Position numbers and translations under genes: made by a program. Below are positions 27,601 through 38,063 of a stretch of DNA of 64,000 nucleotides, piece after piece. The stretch is from Ylistrum balloti (taxonomy: Eukaryota), in NCBI RefSeq assembly GCF_031769215.1, contig NW_026782269.1:682001-746000 (forward strand), read 5' to 3'. The notes beneath the pieces are model-generated. The model saw only the letters and a list, made by a program, of their open reading frames with translations, was not told the origin of the DNA and did not search any database. The number at the start of each line of letters is the position of its first letter. The stretch's first letter is position 1.

Positions 27601-30600
27601 CCTTTATTTCTAAATCTGGTCGGTAGAAATGATTAATATAAAAACTTATATTTAAAGATATCACTCATATACCTTAAAGTGAAACTTATTTAGTAGGGTG
27701 TTTATGATATATGTTTTGTAGTACATTTTTGCAATTGAATCCAGTAGAGTTGGAGGATAACGCAGATAATTGCTTTTTTTATAGTAAACAATAAGCATAT
27801 TACTGAAATGTTATTTCCTGCAGAACAACTGACTTCATCGTGTTTTTGTTACAGTGTCGTCTCACTGTAATGAAAGGAAAGCGGCTTGCAATATTTGAAT
27901 ATTTGAAGGAAATCAACCTGGTATTATCTACTGCTTTCATCTCATTTTTTTATAGTGTTGTCTCACTGTAAGGAACGGAAGGAGGCTTGCAATGCCCTGA
28001 ACGAACTGGTTACGTCTGGAAATGATCTTTCTAACATCAAACTGGATCCTTTACTTGAGCACTTACAGAGAGATGGCGTGATCAACACTAAGGAAGCAAA
28101 CGATAACAAAGTACTGAAATACATATTATAGTATCTATATATTCAGTGATATGTATATATTATTGTACCAAACATAAATAACACATTGAACAATTATATA
28201 AAGTAATGTTGTCATTCAAATAAGTATCAGTTATGACACATATGTAATATGACCTATCGCTGGTTTGATTGGCTCAGTTTTGATGAAGTGTTTCATGGCA
28301 TCTTATGCTGATTAAACAATGAGACATGGAGGGAGAAAATGGACATTTACGATTTTGGATTAGTTTAATTAGATGTTGTAGTCATGAATGTTTGCAAAAA
28401 AAAGTTATGTGATAAACAGAATCTTATGTTTGCTTCCGTCTCATATTAGATTAATAAAAGTCTTCGTGCAACTGTACTTCCATTATTTCACAACACGATT
28501 ATAAAAATTATAATTTCTAAATTTAGATGAAACACAAACGTTATTCAGAAAGGTGCCATTTATTATTTTTTTACTAGAATCTGATGGATATACAAAAAAG
28601 GACGAAACATCTGCTGGAGATGATTCTACAGCGACCATCGGCAGCTGAAAAGGTCCTGGTATGCTTGGACAAATCAGGAAATAGTCACATAGCAAAACAG
28701 ATTCGAGAGTTGATTCCGAAAAAGTCCGGCAATACAGCTGTATATGGTAATGTTGAATACTGACACTGTATAAATGGTCTATTGAGTCACACTATTAACA
28801 TTCAGAGTACCATTTTTTTTCAGGTACACATTTATATGTTCCATATGTTTGGAAAAGTCGTTATCCTTATTACTATATTGATGTACAGTTCCACTAGAGA
28901 AGGTCGTTATCCTTGTTACTCTATTGATGTACAGTTCCACTAGAGAAGGTCGTTATCCTTGTTACTCTGTTGATGTACAATTCCACTAGAGAAGGTCGTT
29001 ATCCTTGTTACTCTATTGATGTACAGTTCCACTAGAGAAGGTCGTTATCCTTGTTACTCTATTGATGTACAGTTCCACTAGAGAAGGTCGTTATCCTTGT
29101 TACTCTATTGATGTACAGTTACACTAGAGAAGGTCGTTATCCATGTTACTCTGTTGGTATACAATAACACTAGAGAAGGTCTTTATTATTGTAATCCTAT
29201 TGATGTACACTTACACGTTTATATAACTTCCAATATATCTTATCAATAACACCATACAGTAAACTCCAGGGACAAACTAATGAGCGCCAGATACACGTCG
29301 ATGATCCTGTATTATTTTTTTTATGTTACCAGTGTAATTTAGTGTAAAACTAAATCATATCTGAATTTACTTATCTAACTGCTACTGTATTCTAAATCCG
29401 TGTTTTTTCGTTTTCACTAAGATTTTTTTTTACATGGTTGATAACTGTTTCTTTGTGCTTTTTGCTCAGTTTCAATTGTGGTTATGTCAATTGGTCTTTT
29501 TAAATAACACTATAATAATATTATTCTTTTCACAGAAAAATGGCGTTCGGTATTAGTTTTCACTGGGGATGATGGAAAGTGGAAAGTGCTTGATCCAAAA
29601 GTCATAAAAAAGCTTTATAAAGAACTAGGATTTATCTTAGAGGCGGGGAACAGACGTTTTGAGTAAGTTTTTCTAAGGTTTATTCTCCTGGGTACATCAT
29701 CAGTGTTAAAAAAATATGTATGTTAATCTTAAAAATCGTGCATGTTTACCTTGCTCCCATTTTGGAAAGTGACATTCCTTACTTGGACATCAATATTTAA
29801 ATGGCGGGTGTTGTTGATGAAGCAGTAGACACTTATTCTTCCGGAACACCTGGTCCTATTATCCTTGTATTTTTCAGGAATCTCCGTGTAAATTTTTCTT
29901 TTGTTCATGTTTTGGATTAAGATTCTGTTTTTGTTGGTATTTTCTTTCTTGTTATATAAGGAGCTAAGCAGTTGTGATTTGTACAATCTTAAATATCACA
30001 ATGCCAGAATACACCAATCTAACCGGCTGGTTCAGTTCGTGTCATTTTGCGAGAGAAGGGTGTTTTCTGTCTTTAACAATGCCTGAGGTAAACAGCAAGA
30101 ACCAATCTTATGATGGAAAAACCGGATGAGTACCGACTGGAAAATGGAATAATGTTTCTACTTCTGATTTATGATAGATAGATGAATTTGTGTATCGGGA
30201 GGATGCAAGATGAAATTTTATTATATACAAGTTATCACAAATACTTATATGTATCTGCAATCTGTACAGGTTGATATCCCTGACCATCTCTGATGACACG
30301 TCTGAGAAAGATATTGGAGAAATCGCCAATGAGATTAGAAACCGGGAGATTGGTACGACCGTAACACTGGTCTGCAGGCATAAAACAGACGACTATCAAG
30401 CCGAAAGCTTTGTGCACGTCCTTTCATCGAAGCAAGCATCAAGGGAAATCATTCGACTGAAAGAACAAGGATACACCAGAGGCCCAATGGAGTTGGCAGA
30501 CTTTAATATCATGGACGGGGAAATCGTCGAGTTGTATATGTCTGGTAATATCGGACTGGAGTACAAAGGTAGAAGGTTACAACAAGGAACGGTAACGGGC

Positions 30601-33021
30601 TTACTATACAAAGCCCATAAAGACGTTTGCAAACTGAACTTTAATATATACGTCGTGAACAAGACATCTCCAGGTCAAATGGATGACGACAGGTATCGAG
30701 GACTGCTTCATTACAGAGTCAGAGCTAGAGCACCTCTTAAGGAGAGGACTGACGAGGTCGAGGTAACCTGGCTAAAGGTGAGATTGGAAATGAAGTAAGG
30801 GTATTCTGGCTAAAGGGGAGATATTATGACTAATGAAGTCGGGGTGATCTGACTAAAAGTAAAATTGTAGTCGAGGTCGAGGTATCTGACTAAAGTTGAG
30901 ATAGTAGAACTGTTGAATTCGAGGGGACCTGGACAAATTTGAGATAGTAGGACTGATGAAGGCGAAGTTACTTGGCTAAAGGTAAGGCTGCAATCGAGGT
31001 CGAGATAGCCTGGCTAACGGGTTTTGTAAGACTGACGAGGCCAAGGTAACCTGTCTTAAGGTGACTTTGCAGGACTAATGAGGTCAAGGTGGCCTAGCTA
31101 ATGGTGATACAGGAGGAATGAAATGGTCAGGGTAAACTAAATGAATGTGAAATTATAAACGAGCATCGAAGTCAAGATAACTTGATTGTTGCACGGTTGA
31201 GGTATCAAGACTAAAGGTGAAATCATAGAACTGTTAATGTAGAGGTAATCTTGCTTCAGGTCCGACAGAAGTATTGATGAAGTTGATGATTTCTTACCAG
31301 AGGTGAATATAATAATGTGATATAGTTATAAGGGAAACTGTAGGTAGAGTGTGCTCATCACCAATCCCTAAACCAGCATAGAAATACGAATGCGTTTTAT
31401 ATGTTTCCATTTTAGGTGTCGAAGCGCTATTTATCACACTTGTCCATGAATGGCGACAGTAAGTATTTATCAAGATTGTTTTAATAAAAACAATGATTCT
31501 TTAAAGTTGACCAATTTTTTTTCTGCAGTTCATTTCAAACCATTATATCCTTAGATACATCAGTGTTATTGTCACTTTACTTTGTAATTAAACTTGTTTT
31601 TACTTCACACATTGTCACATGTGTACGTGTCTCATATAATTATTTACTTGTTGTTATTTGTATAAATACTACAAATTATAATACGTTTGAGTTTTTAACA
31701 TATTTCGTGTATTGTACAGTGCAAGCGCTGGGCAAATTCGTCAGTTCAAAGATGGCTAACAGAGAAGAATATCATCAAATACGAGACAACGCTGTTCATA
31801 TGGGCAAATCAAAACAAAGACGAAAAAGACATACAGGTGAAAACTATGAGGTTGAAATATTCACTAAATACCGCCCATACAAGAAAACGTTATTCTAACC
31901 CGCTAACATCATAATAAGGAAATGATCAAGGCAGACTTCTCATTGGGGTCCTAAAACAATCACCATGTTAATACGAACTGTAATGTTACGTTCTCAAAAT
32001 GAGAAATTTGTAACCAATAACTAAATAACCATACCCCAAATGAATCAGATTAATTTCCAGCGAGATCCTGATCATAAAATTTCGTCTCTCAAAATCCTCT
32101 GTTGTCCACATTATCATTCAAACCATGAAATAGCAAAATCGATTATGCAATTCAAACAATGTAGTTATGGGAAGCAGGAGGTTACTATCTTAAAAAGTAA
32201 ATTCAAATATGAAAAAAACCAAATGATCACATCGGAATCGACAACGTAACATTTATTTGTCACTAAGAAGTAGTAATATCTGATTGTTTTGTAGATTGAG
32301 AAGATTCTACATGCAGTTAAAAGTTACTCGTGGTGTGACGAAGCTCGTCGGTTTGTCAGATTATACATGGAGTCAGGTAATCATTAGATTGTTTTCATTG
32401 AATCTGGTCCTTAAGGGCACAGGGATGGGGCTCAGAAGGGAACTAGATCAAAAGTTTTAATATCGTTCTCCTTTAGGGTCACTGAATACTTTACTTGTTT
32501 GCTCAGGAGAAATGAAGGGGACATAACCGGAAGGTCTCACCTCTTTAGAGGAAGGACACGTCCAACCAGGAAAATATCATTTTTGAAAATTAATATTTTT
32601 TTTCAGAGGGAATGAGTTAATCATGTTTCGTCTGAAACAATGATGATTAAAATGTTCTAAACTCGGTATGAACTTTGGGTCTGGTCTCCTGCGGTACATA
32701 GGGGCTCTCTGTAGGGGAATAGAGTGATGTCTTTCAGTCTACATCACATTATTATTGATTTCACGATTTGACAGGAACAGTTTAAATGAAGGAGAATTAG
32801 TTAAAATGGAGAATCTTTGGGTTTTTATTGTAGGTCTATCTATCTCCTATAAAAATCATTATCGGAGATCGTGTCCGATCTAGATCACGTCACATATCTA
32901 AATGTGTAAACATTTATCTAAAAGAGTCATACGGAATGGAAGTATGCATAGTGACAAAATGAAATGTTTTCTAGGATCGGACTGTTAAACAACTAGACGA
33001 GCAGCAGAAATATCTCAGTGG

Positions 33022-33056
<35 letters not shown>

Positions 33057-35460
33057 TGGTTGTATGGGTGTCTGTANNNNNNNNNNNNNNNNNNNNNNNN
33101 NNNNNNNNNNNNNNNNNNNNNNNNNNNNNNNNNNNNNNNNNNNNNNNNNNNNNNNNNNNNNNNNNNNNNNNNNNNNNNNNNNNNNNNNNNNNNNNNNNNN
33201 NNNNNNNNNNAAATGTGCCAATACAGTACATGTGTGTGTTAGGAGCTGTACATATACAGTACATGTGTGTGTTAGGAGCTGTACATATACAGTACATGTG
33301 TGTGTCTGTATGGAACTGTACCTATACAGTACATGTGTGTGTCTGTATGGAACTGTACCTATACACTACATGTGTGTGTCTGTATGGAACTGTACCTATA
33401 CAGTACAGGTGTGTGTCTGTATGGAACTGTACCTATACAGTACATGTTGGTGAGTCTGTATAGAACTGTACCTATACAGTACATGTGTGTGTGTCTGCAT
33501 GGAACTGTACCTATACTGTACATGTGTGTGTGTATCTGTATGGAACTGTACCTATACAGTACATGTTGGTGAGTCTGTATAGAACTGTACCTATACAGTA
33601 CATGTGTGTGTGTGTGTCTGTATGGAACTGTACCTATACAGTACATGTGTGTGTGTGTGTCTGTATGGAACTGTACCTATACTGTACATGTGTGTGTGAG
33701 TCTGTATAGAACTGTACCTATACAGTACATGTTGGTGAGTCTGTATAGAACTGTACCTATACAGTACATGTGTGTGTGTGTCTGTATAGAACTGTACCTA
33801 TACAGTACATGTGTGTGTGTGTCTGTATAGAACTGTACCTATACAGTTCATGTGTGTGTGTGTCTGTATAGAACTGTACCTATACAGTACATGTGTGTGT
33901 GTATAGAACTGTACCTATACAGTACATGTGTGTGTGTGTGTCTGTATGGAACTGTACCTATACTGTACATGTGTGTGTGTGCATCTGTATGGAACTGTAC
34001 CTATACAGTACATGTGTGTGTGTGTCTGTATAGAACTGTACCTATACAGTACATGTGTGTGTGTGTCTGTATAGAACTGTACCTATACAGTTCATGTGTG
34101 TGTGTGTCTGTATAGAACTGTACCTATACAGTACATGTGTGTGTGTGTGTATAGAACTGTACCTATACAGTACATGTGTGTGTGTGTCTGTATGGAACTG
34201 TACCTATACTGTACATGTGTGTGTGTGCATCTGTATGGAACTGTACCTATACAGTACATGTGTGTGTGTCTGTATAGAACTGTACCTATACAGTACATGT
34301 TGGTGTGTCTGTATGGAACTGTACCTATACAGTACATGTTGATGAGTCTATATAGAACTGTACCTATACTGTACATGTTGGTGAGTCTGTATAGAACTGT
34401 ACCTATACAGTACACGCGTGTGTCTGTATAGAACTGTACCTATACAGTACATGTGTGTGTGTGTGTCTGTATAGAACTGTACCTATACAGTACATGTGTG
34501 TGTGTGTGTGTCTGTATGGAACTGTACCTATACAGTACATGTGTGTGTGTGTCTGTATGGAACTGTACCTATACAGTACATGTGTGTGTGTGTCTGTATG
34601 GAACTGTATCTATACAGTACATGTGTGTGTGTGTCTGTATGGAACTGTACCTATACAGTACATGTGTGTGTGTCTCTCTGTATGGAAGTATTCACATACT
34701 GTGGATGTGTTGATATATGCGACAAAATCTACCCATTATTTATATAGATTTACCTGATATTCTGATTTTCTGTTACACATTTTTATATTTGACATGTTTA
34801 GTTAGTGTTTTCCGTCTTAAAAATATATGACGTCAAAGCCGGGTTGTAAGATTACTAATAGCTAAAAGATCACATAGTGGTCATGGGATCTAGTTTACAG
34901 TTTACAGACTAAATTTTCCAATTAATCAAGGGAGTTGAACTTACCTTTTATATGTGTTTCGTTTCAATGAATAAACAAACACATTTTTCAATGTATTACA
35001 AAATGTAGCATCAAGATTGTTGAACAACGAATATCGATAACGTAGGTCAATGACATCAATGACGAGTCTCAGATCGAAGAAAATTATAGTTTTATCATGT
35101 TGAATTTTTCTCTTATGTCTAAAGCTAAATCGATATCTGACAATACTGTCTGTTCCTCAATCCGATCGATCTTTTATAGGTCTGTTCTCGGAGCTGTCGC
35201 TTCTGGGAATGTCGAAGCTGTTGGGGCCGGAATGGAAAGACTTGGCGGTTGTCCTTAAACTACCACAAGTGCAGCTGGATTATATCGAGCATATGCAGCT
35301 CAGTGAACAAGACGCGAAGGGGAAAATGCTTGATAAGTTCCGCCTGTCACACTACGCTATCGGCTTCGGCGAGAAACTTTCGGAAGTATTCTTGGAGTCC
35401 CTTCAGCGGTGCAAGTGCAGTGACGAACTTCTGGCGTACGTGAAGTCGAAAATGAAGTGA
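15392..35460 (+). CDS. Death-fold gene copy B (helical/coiled-coil x3 - ZU5 - ZU5 - CARD - partial ZU5/UPA - frameshifted DD1 - DD2). Exons 15392-15665, 16725-16785, 18012-18059, [18341-18373, 19432-19728], [20437-20469, 21527-21823], [22532-22564, 23623-23919], 24706-24910, 25287-25418, 26633-26809, 26933-27059, 27147-27225, 27378-27511, 27956-28110, 28578-28746, 29536-29662, 30270-30777, 31416-31458, 31720-31836, 32295-32376, 35180-35460
   Basis: The phases chain consistently and stop-free from ATG 15392 to exon 31416-31458. Exons from 28578 onward are paralogous to copy A. The small upstream exons are less certain, and further 5' exons may exist (acceptor at 15381). An N gap lies in the last intron. 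Confidence 0.7.
18984..19167 (-). mobile_element. tRNA-derived SINE with a V-domain-like core (also 21079-21262 and 23175-23358)
   Basis: The reverse complement has an A-box-like head, a perfect anticodon-type stem CGCCT-TTCATCT-AGGCG and B box GTTCAATTCC. It then has GTGGGATTTCTCCGGGT..GGTTTC.ACCCA, resembling the V-SINE core. Confidence 0.75.
19432..19728 (+). CDS. Copy B 297-nt phase 2-2 coiled-coil exon (identical copies at 21527-21823 and 23623-23919)
   Basis: tatgtag|G...GT|gtaag. ETARRSNEEIAKQLAELAKFTERQQKL...EKERKDRQEKMKKREEEEKRRRN. The minus-strand ORFs in the track are its antisense shadows. Confidence 0.75.
24706..27511 (+). CDS. Copy B exons encoding two ZU5-like domains
   Basis: EEQASSPILM...EPMEVYVPY...EPEVKISIDNGPW...TVESFRSVRII and KIKVDKNGSTF...QFQVPPG...IKINV...TSWFYVLW resemble tandem ZU5 repeats of PIDD/ankyrin/DTHD1. 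Confidence 0.55.
25590..26357 (+). repeat. ~35-bp intronic minisatellite with an internal block duplication
   Basis: Unit GTAGTAATTATAAAAGGTGCTTATAGTTTACTGAG; the block at ~25681 is repeated at ~25959. Confidence 0.9.
27956..28746 (+). CDS. Copy B CARD-like domain (exons 27956-28110 and 28578-28746)
   Basis: LSNIKLDPLLEHLQRDGVINTKEANDNKNLMDIQKRTKHLLEMILQRPSAAEKVLVCLDKSGNSHIAKQIRE matches the CARD pattern (LD-x-LL-x-x-L-x-x-x-GVI...K-x-x-LL). Confidence 0.75.
28851..29213 (+). repeat. 46-bp minisatellite (~8 units), counterpart of 1193-1994
   Basis: Same unit in the equivalent intron. Confidence 0.93.
30270..30777 (+). CDS. Copy B ZU5-end/UPA exon
   Basis: Same 508-nt length as copy A 2758-3265, open frame, highly similar protein. 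Confidence 0.8.
30778..31310 (+). repeat. Degenerate ~41-43-bp repeat of the exon/intron junction motif
   Basis: Recurrent GAGGTCGAGGT(A/G)..CTGGCTAAAGGTGA...GGACTGA variants. Confidence 0.7.
31720..31836 (+). pseudogene. Copy B DD1 exon with a net 89-nt frameshifting deletion
   Basis: 117 nt versus 206 nt in copy A. The 97 nt at 4549-4645 are replaced by AGAGAAGA. Splicing to 32295 gives a stop at 32297-32299. Confidence 0.85.
33022..33056 (+). repeat. (GAT)n microsatellite
   Basis: Direct read; it produces the spurious poly-M/poly-H/poly-S ORFs. Confidence 0.95.
33077..33210. other. Assembly gap (N)
   Basis: Run of N. Confidence 1.
33211..34690 (+). repeat. Compound minisatellite: conserved core plus variable (TG)n
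   Basis: Unit GTCTGTAT(G/A)GAACTGTACCTATACAGTACAT(GT)n. Confidence 0.95.
35180..35460 (+). CDS. Copy B terminal exon: intact death domain 2
   Basis: Same 281-nt length as 5612-5892, open frame, mostly conservative substitutions. Confidence 0.8.
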
Positions 35461-36757
35461 CATTCTTGTCGTTGATCCTTTGTCTGTTGGCAATAATGAC
35501 ATTTTACTTGCATTACTGTTAGCTCGTTTCTCAAGTCAGCCGGTCACTCGGTTGATCAAAAATCAGTTTTAAAAAATCGATAATCGATTTACAAATCAGC
35601 TTTGAAAATCGATAATCGATTCATTTAGCATAAAATGATGATCAATTATAGTTTAGCGCTGATTAGCCTCAGATGAACACTTATCCGGAAAAAAGTTCAA
35701 GCCGTGAGTCTTGTCTTTTATATCGTTTTTGATCGACGGATCTGTTAAGATCAGATCTAACGCTTGGATATCATCAGGCATATTTCGAACAGCTTAGACT
35801 TACTTTAATGATAACGTGTTGACCCATGTCCTGATTACTTGGTTACATAATTTCCCGAGTAATCCGTTCTGATATTCAACCGTTTGACAATCTTTCTCGC
35901 AGCCAACTTTTGCTTTCTTACTTATGTAATTTTTGCTTTACAACAAGTTCGCTGCAATAGAAATTATACCATACACCAATATCGCAGTTTTTCATCTTAG
36001 CTGTTACAGTTCTCGGAAATATAACGCACGAGACAGAAAGCTGGTTTATTTTTCTTCTAATTTGTGATTTAAATTGAAATGTGTACCTGTCTTGGGAGAA
36101 TGATCGTTTTAATTTTATAGAACTTTGTCAGTGTCAATTTGTAGCAGAGGTACCAACATTAATCAGTGATGCTCAGTAAGGCACAAAGGTCACGAGGTCA
36201 GTGTTGTGGTATAATTAATGTGAAATGTATATGTGTACTTAGTAATACAAACACAGTGGTACTCTATGTATCATATTAGACTGGGAAAGGTTAATTGGGA
36301 TAAAGCAACGATTTCAAGTACGTAACAACATACTCAATCTTATAAAATGATGTACAACAGCGTTAATGTATATACAACATAACCAATCCACTGATGGCTT
36401 ATTCAGCTTACCTTAGTATGGAAAGCAACAGAACCAAACGGTCTGTATCCCTCGTACGGGTATGGGCTAAACAGTTGAATTTTGGTCCTCGTGTTAGTAA
36501 TACGAAAGGAAAAAAATATGATAGTTACACAGGAATGCTTAAACTACGAATATTCAATAGTTGAAAAAAAACTTGAACGAGATCCATGAAAACATGAATT
36601 TGTTGCTGCAAATGCTGGGTACTATTCTCTCTAGTGACACATGACCACATCTTCTGGTCCATTGAGCCAATCATCCGACTCTTAAACACCATTGTCTTTC
36701 GCCTGAAGAAGCTTATATACTGATATTTTACATAAAATACCTACACTTTCATTATTT

Positions 36758-38063
36758 TTAATAGGATGAGAATTGTTTTTCCTGTATTTTTTGTAGAAAT
36801 TCGACGTCATGAATATAAAGTTTTTTACAGTCCTCACTTGTGATGACGAATGGCGCGTTCCATGGACTACCTTCAAATGTCATTACGGCGTTCTTAAGAT
36901 CTTCAGACAACGAAGACAAGCAAAAGTCATCATACTTTGCTCTAGTTTTCCTGAAGTAAGCCACTTCGTCATTGAAATCAGGCAGCTGGCGTTTTATTTT
37001 TTCTTTCAACTTGTTCAGAAAGTAGTCGTACAGGCGATAGTCCAAATATCCACATCTTTTATACAACGTCTCTTCAGTAGTTCCAAACACCAATCGTGTG
37101 TCTTCCAGCTTATTAACGCGAAGTTTAGCGTACAAAACATGTCTGAGATCCCAGTTTAAGATCCGACGCATTAACACAATGGATTCGTCAAGGAACTCCA
37201 TCACCAGTATAATATCAAATTCCTTATCTAGTTGTAATAAATAATCGTCTATCAGATGATGATTCCTCGTCAAATACAATTCGTAGGGAAATCCAAAGTA
37301 CCAAGCCATTCCATTACAGTTGATAATATGCTCACCCGTTCTGGTCCTAAATTCTTTTTCTCGAGACAAATATTTCAAAACAGGGTCGTTTCCTGGGATA
37401 TCTAGAACGGATTTAGGACGAATAAATCTGACAAAGGATCGAAAACGGCTAAATGGTTCCCTCACTGTTCCTATGTAAGCGGTGTCGTCAGGAAGGACTC
37501 TATGAAATTGTTCTTTGTCATATCTGATATGTGTACAAGTGATATCAAAAAATTTCTTGTTCAACGGGGCATAGAAGTAACGAGCTGTTAGTGAATCGCC
37601 GCCCGCTGGACGGAGTTTTGGCAGAGCAAACTCCAGATCATTTTCATACCCGTAACGTAGAAATATGTTCTGAACCGTAGTACTTGCTGCCTTAGGCACC
37701 TTAATAAATGCTATATGATTGACAGGTTCACCTTTCTGAAGGTACTGGGTCTGATTGGTTGAAAGTTCTCTTTTGTGAGAAATCCATTTTGTTTTCCCAT
37801 CTTCAGCAGTAGGAGAGATGTAACAATTTATTGTGTACAGTGTCACAGGCACTAAGCACCCCAGCAACAATAATCTGCAATATAATGTATTTTATGTATG
37901 TAAACAATATACATAATTAATTACTTATAATACATGATAGGCTAGTTTTATGCTACAGAATAATATGATGATGAAACGCTGGTCTGACTCCAAATTCAGC
38001 TTTAAAATCGGTAGTGTGTTAGCTACATAATTTTACATACAGGCACGACAGACTCTTCTCCAT
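36758..38063 (-). CDS. GAL3ST: Galactose-3-O-sulfotransferase family protein 1, join(38063-38041, 37874-36758), 379 aa
   Basis: 5'-PSB HIAFIKVPKAASTTVQNIFLRYG, 3'-PB YIGTVREPFSRF and LDKEFDIILVMEFLDESIVLMRRILNW. Type II anchor MEKSLSCLLLLLGCLVPVTLY. Donor ct|gtatgt, acceptor ttgcag. The symbol is family-level only. Confidence 0.9.

Noticed and set aside
32971-34757. Many Cys/Val-rich, poly-His and poly-Met ORFs
   Set aside because: They are translations of (GAT)n and TG-rich satellites spanning an N gap.
35555-35625. Repeated AATCGATAATCGATT palindromic motif
   Set aside because: Possibly a MITE subterminal remnant, but no partner TIR or TSD was found.
35460-36758. Convergent, close 3' ends of copy B and GAL3ST gene 1 as a functional link
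   Set aside because: Adjacency alone is not evidence of co-function in a eukaryotic genome, and no overlap is demonstrable.
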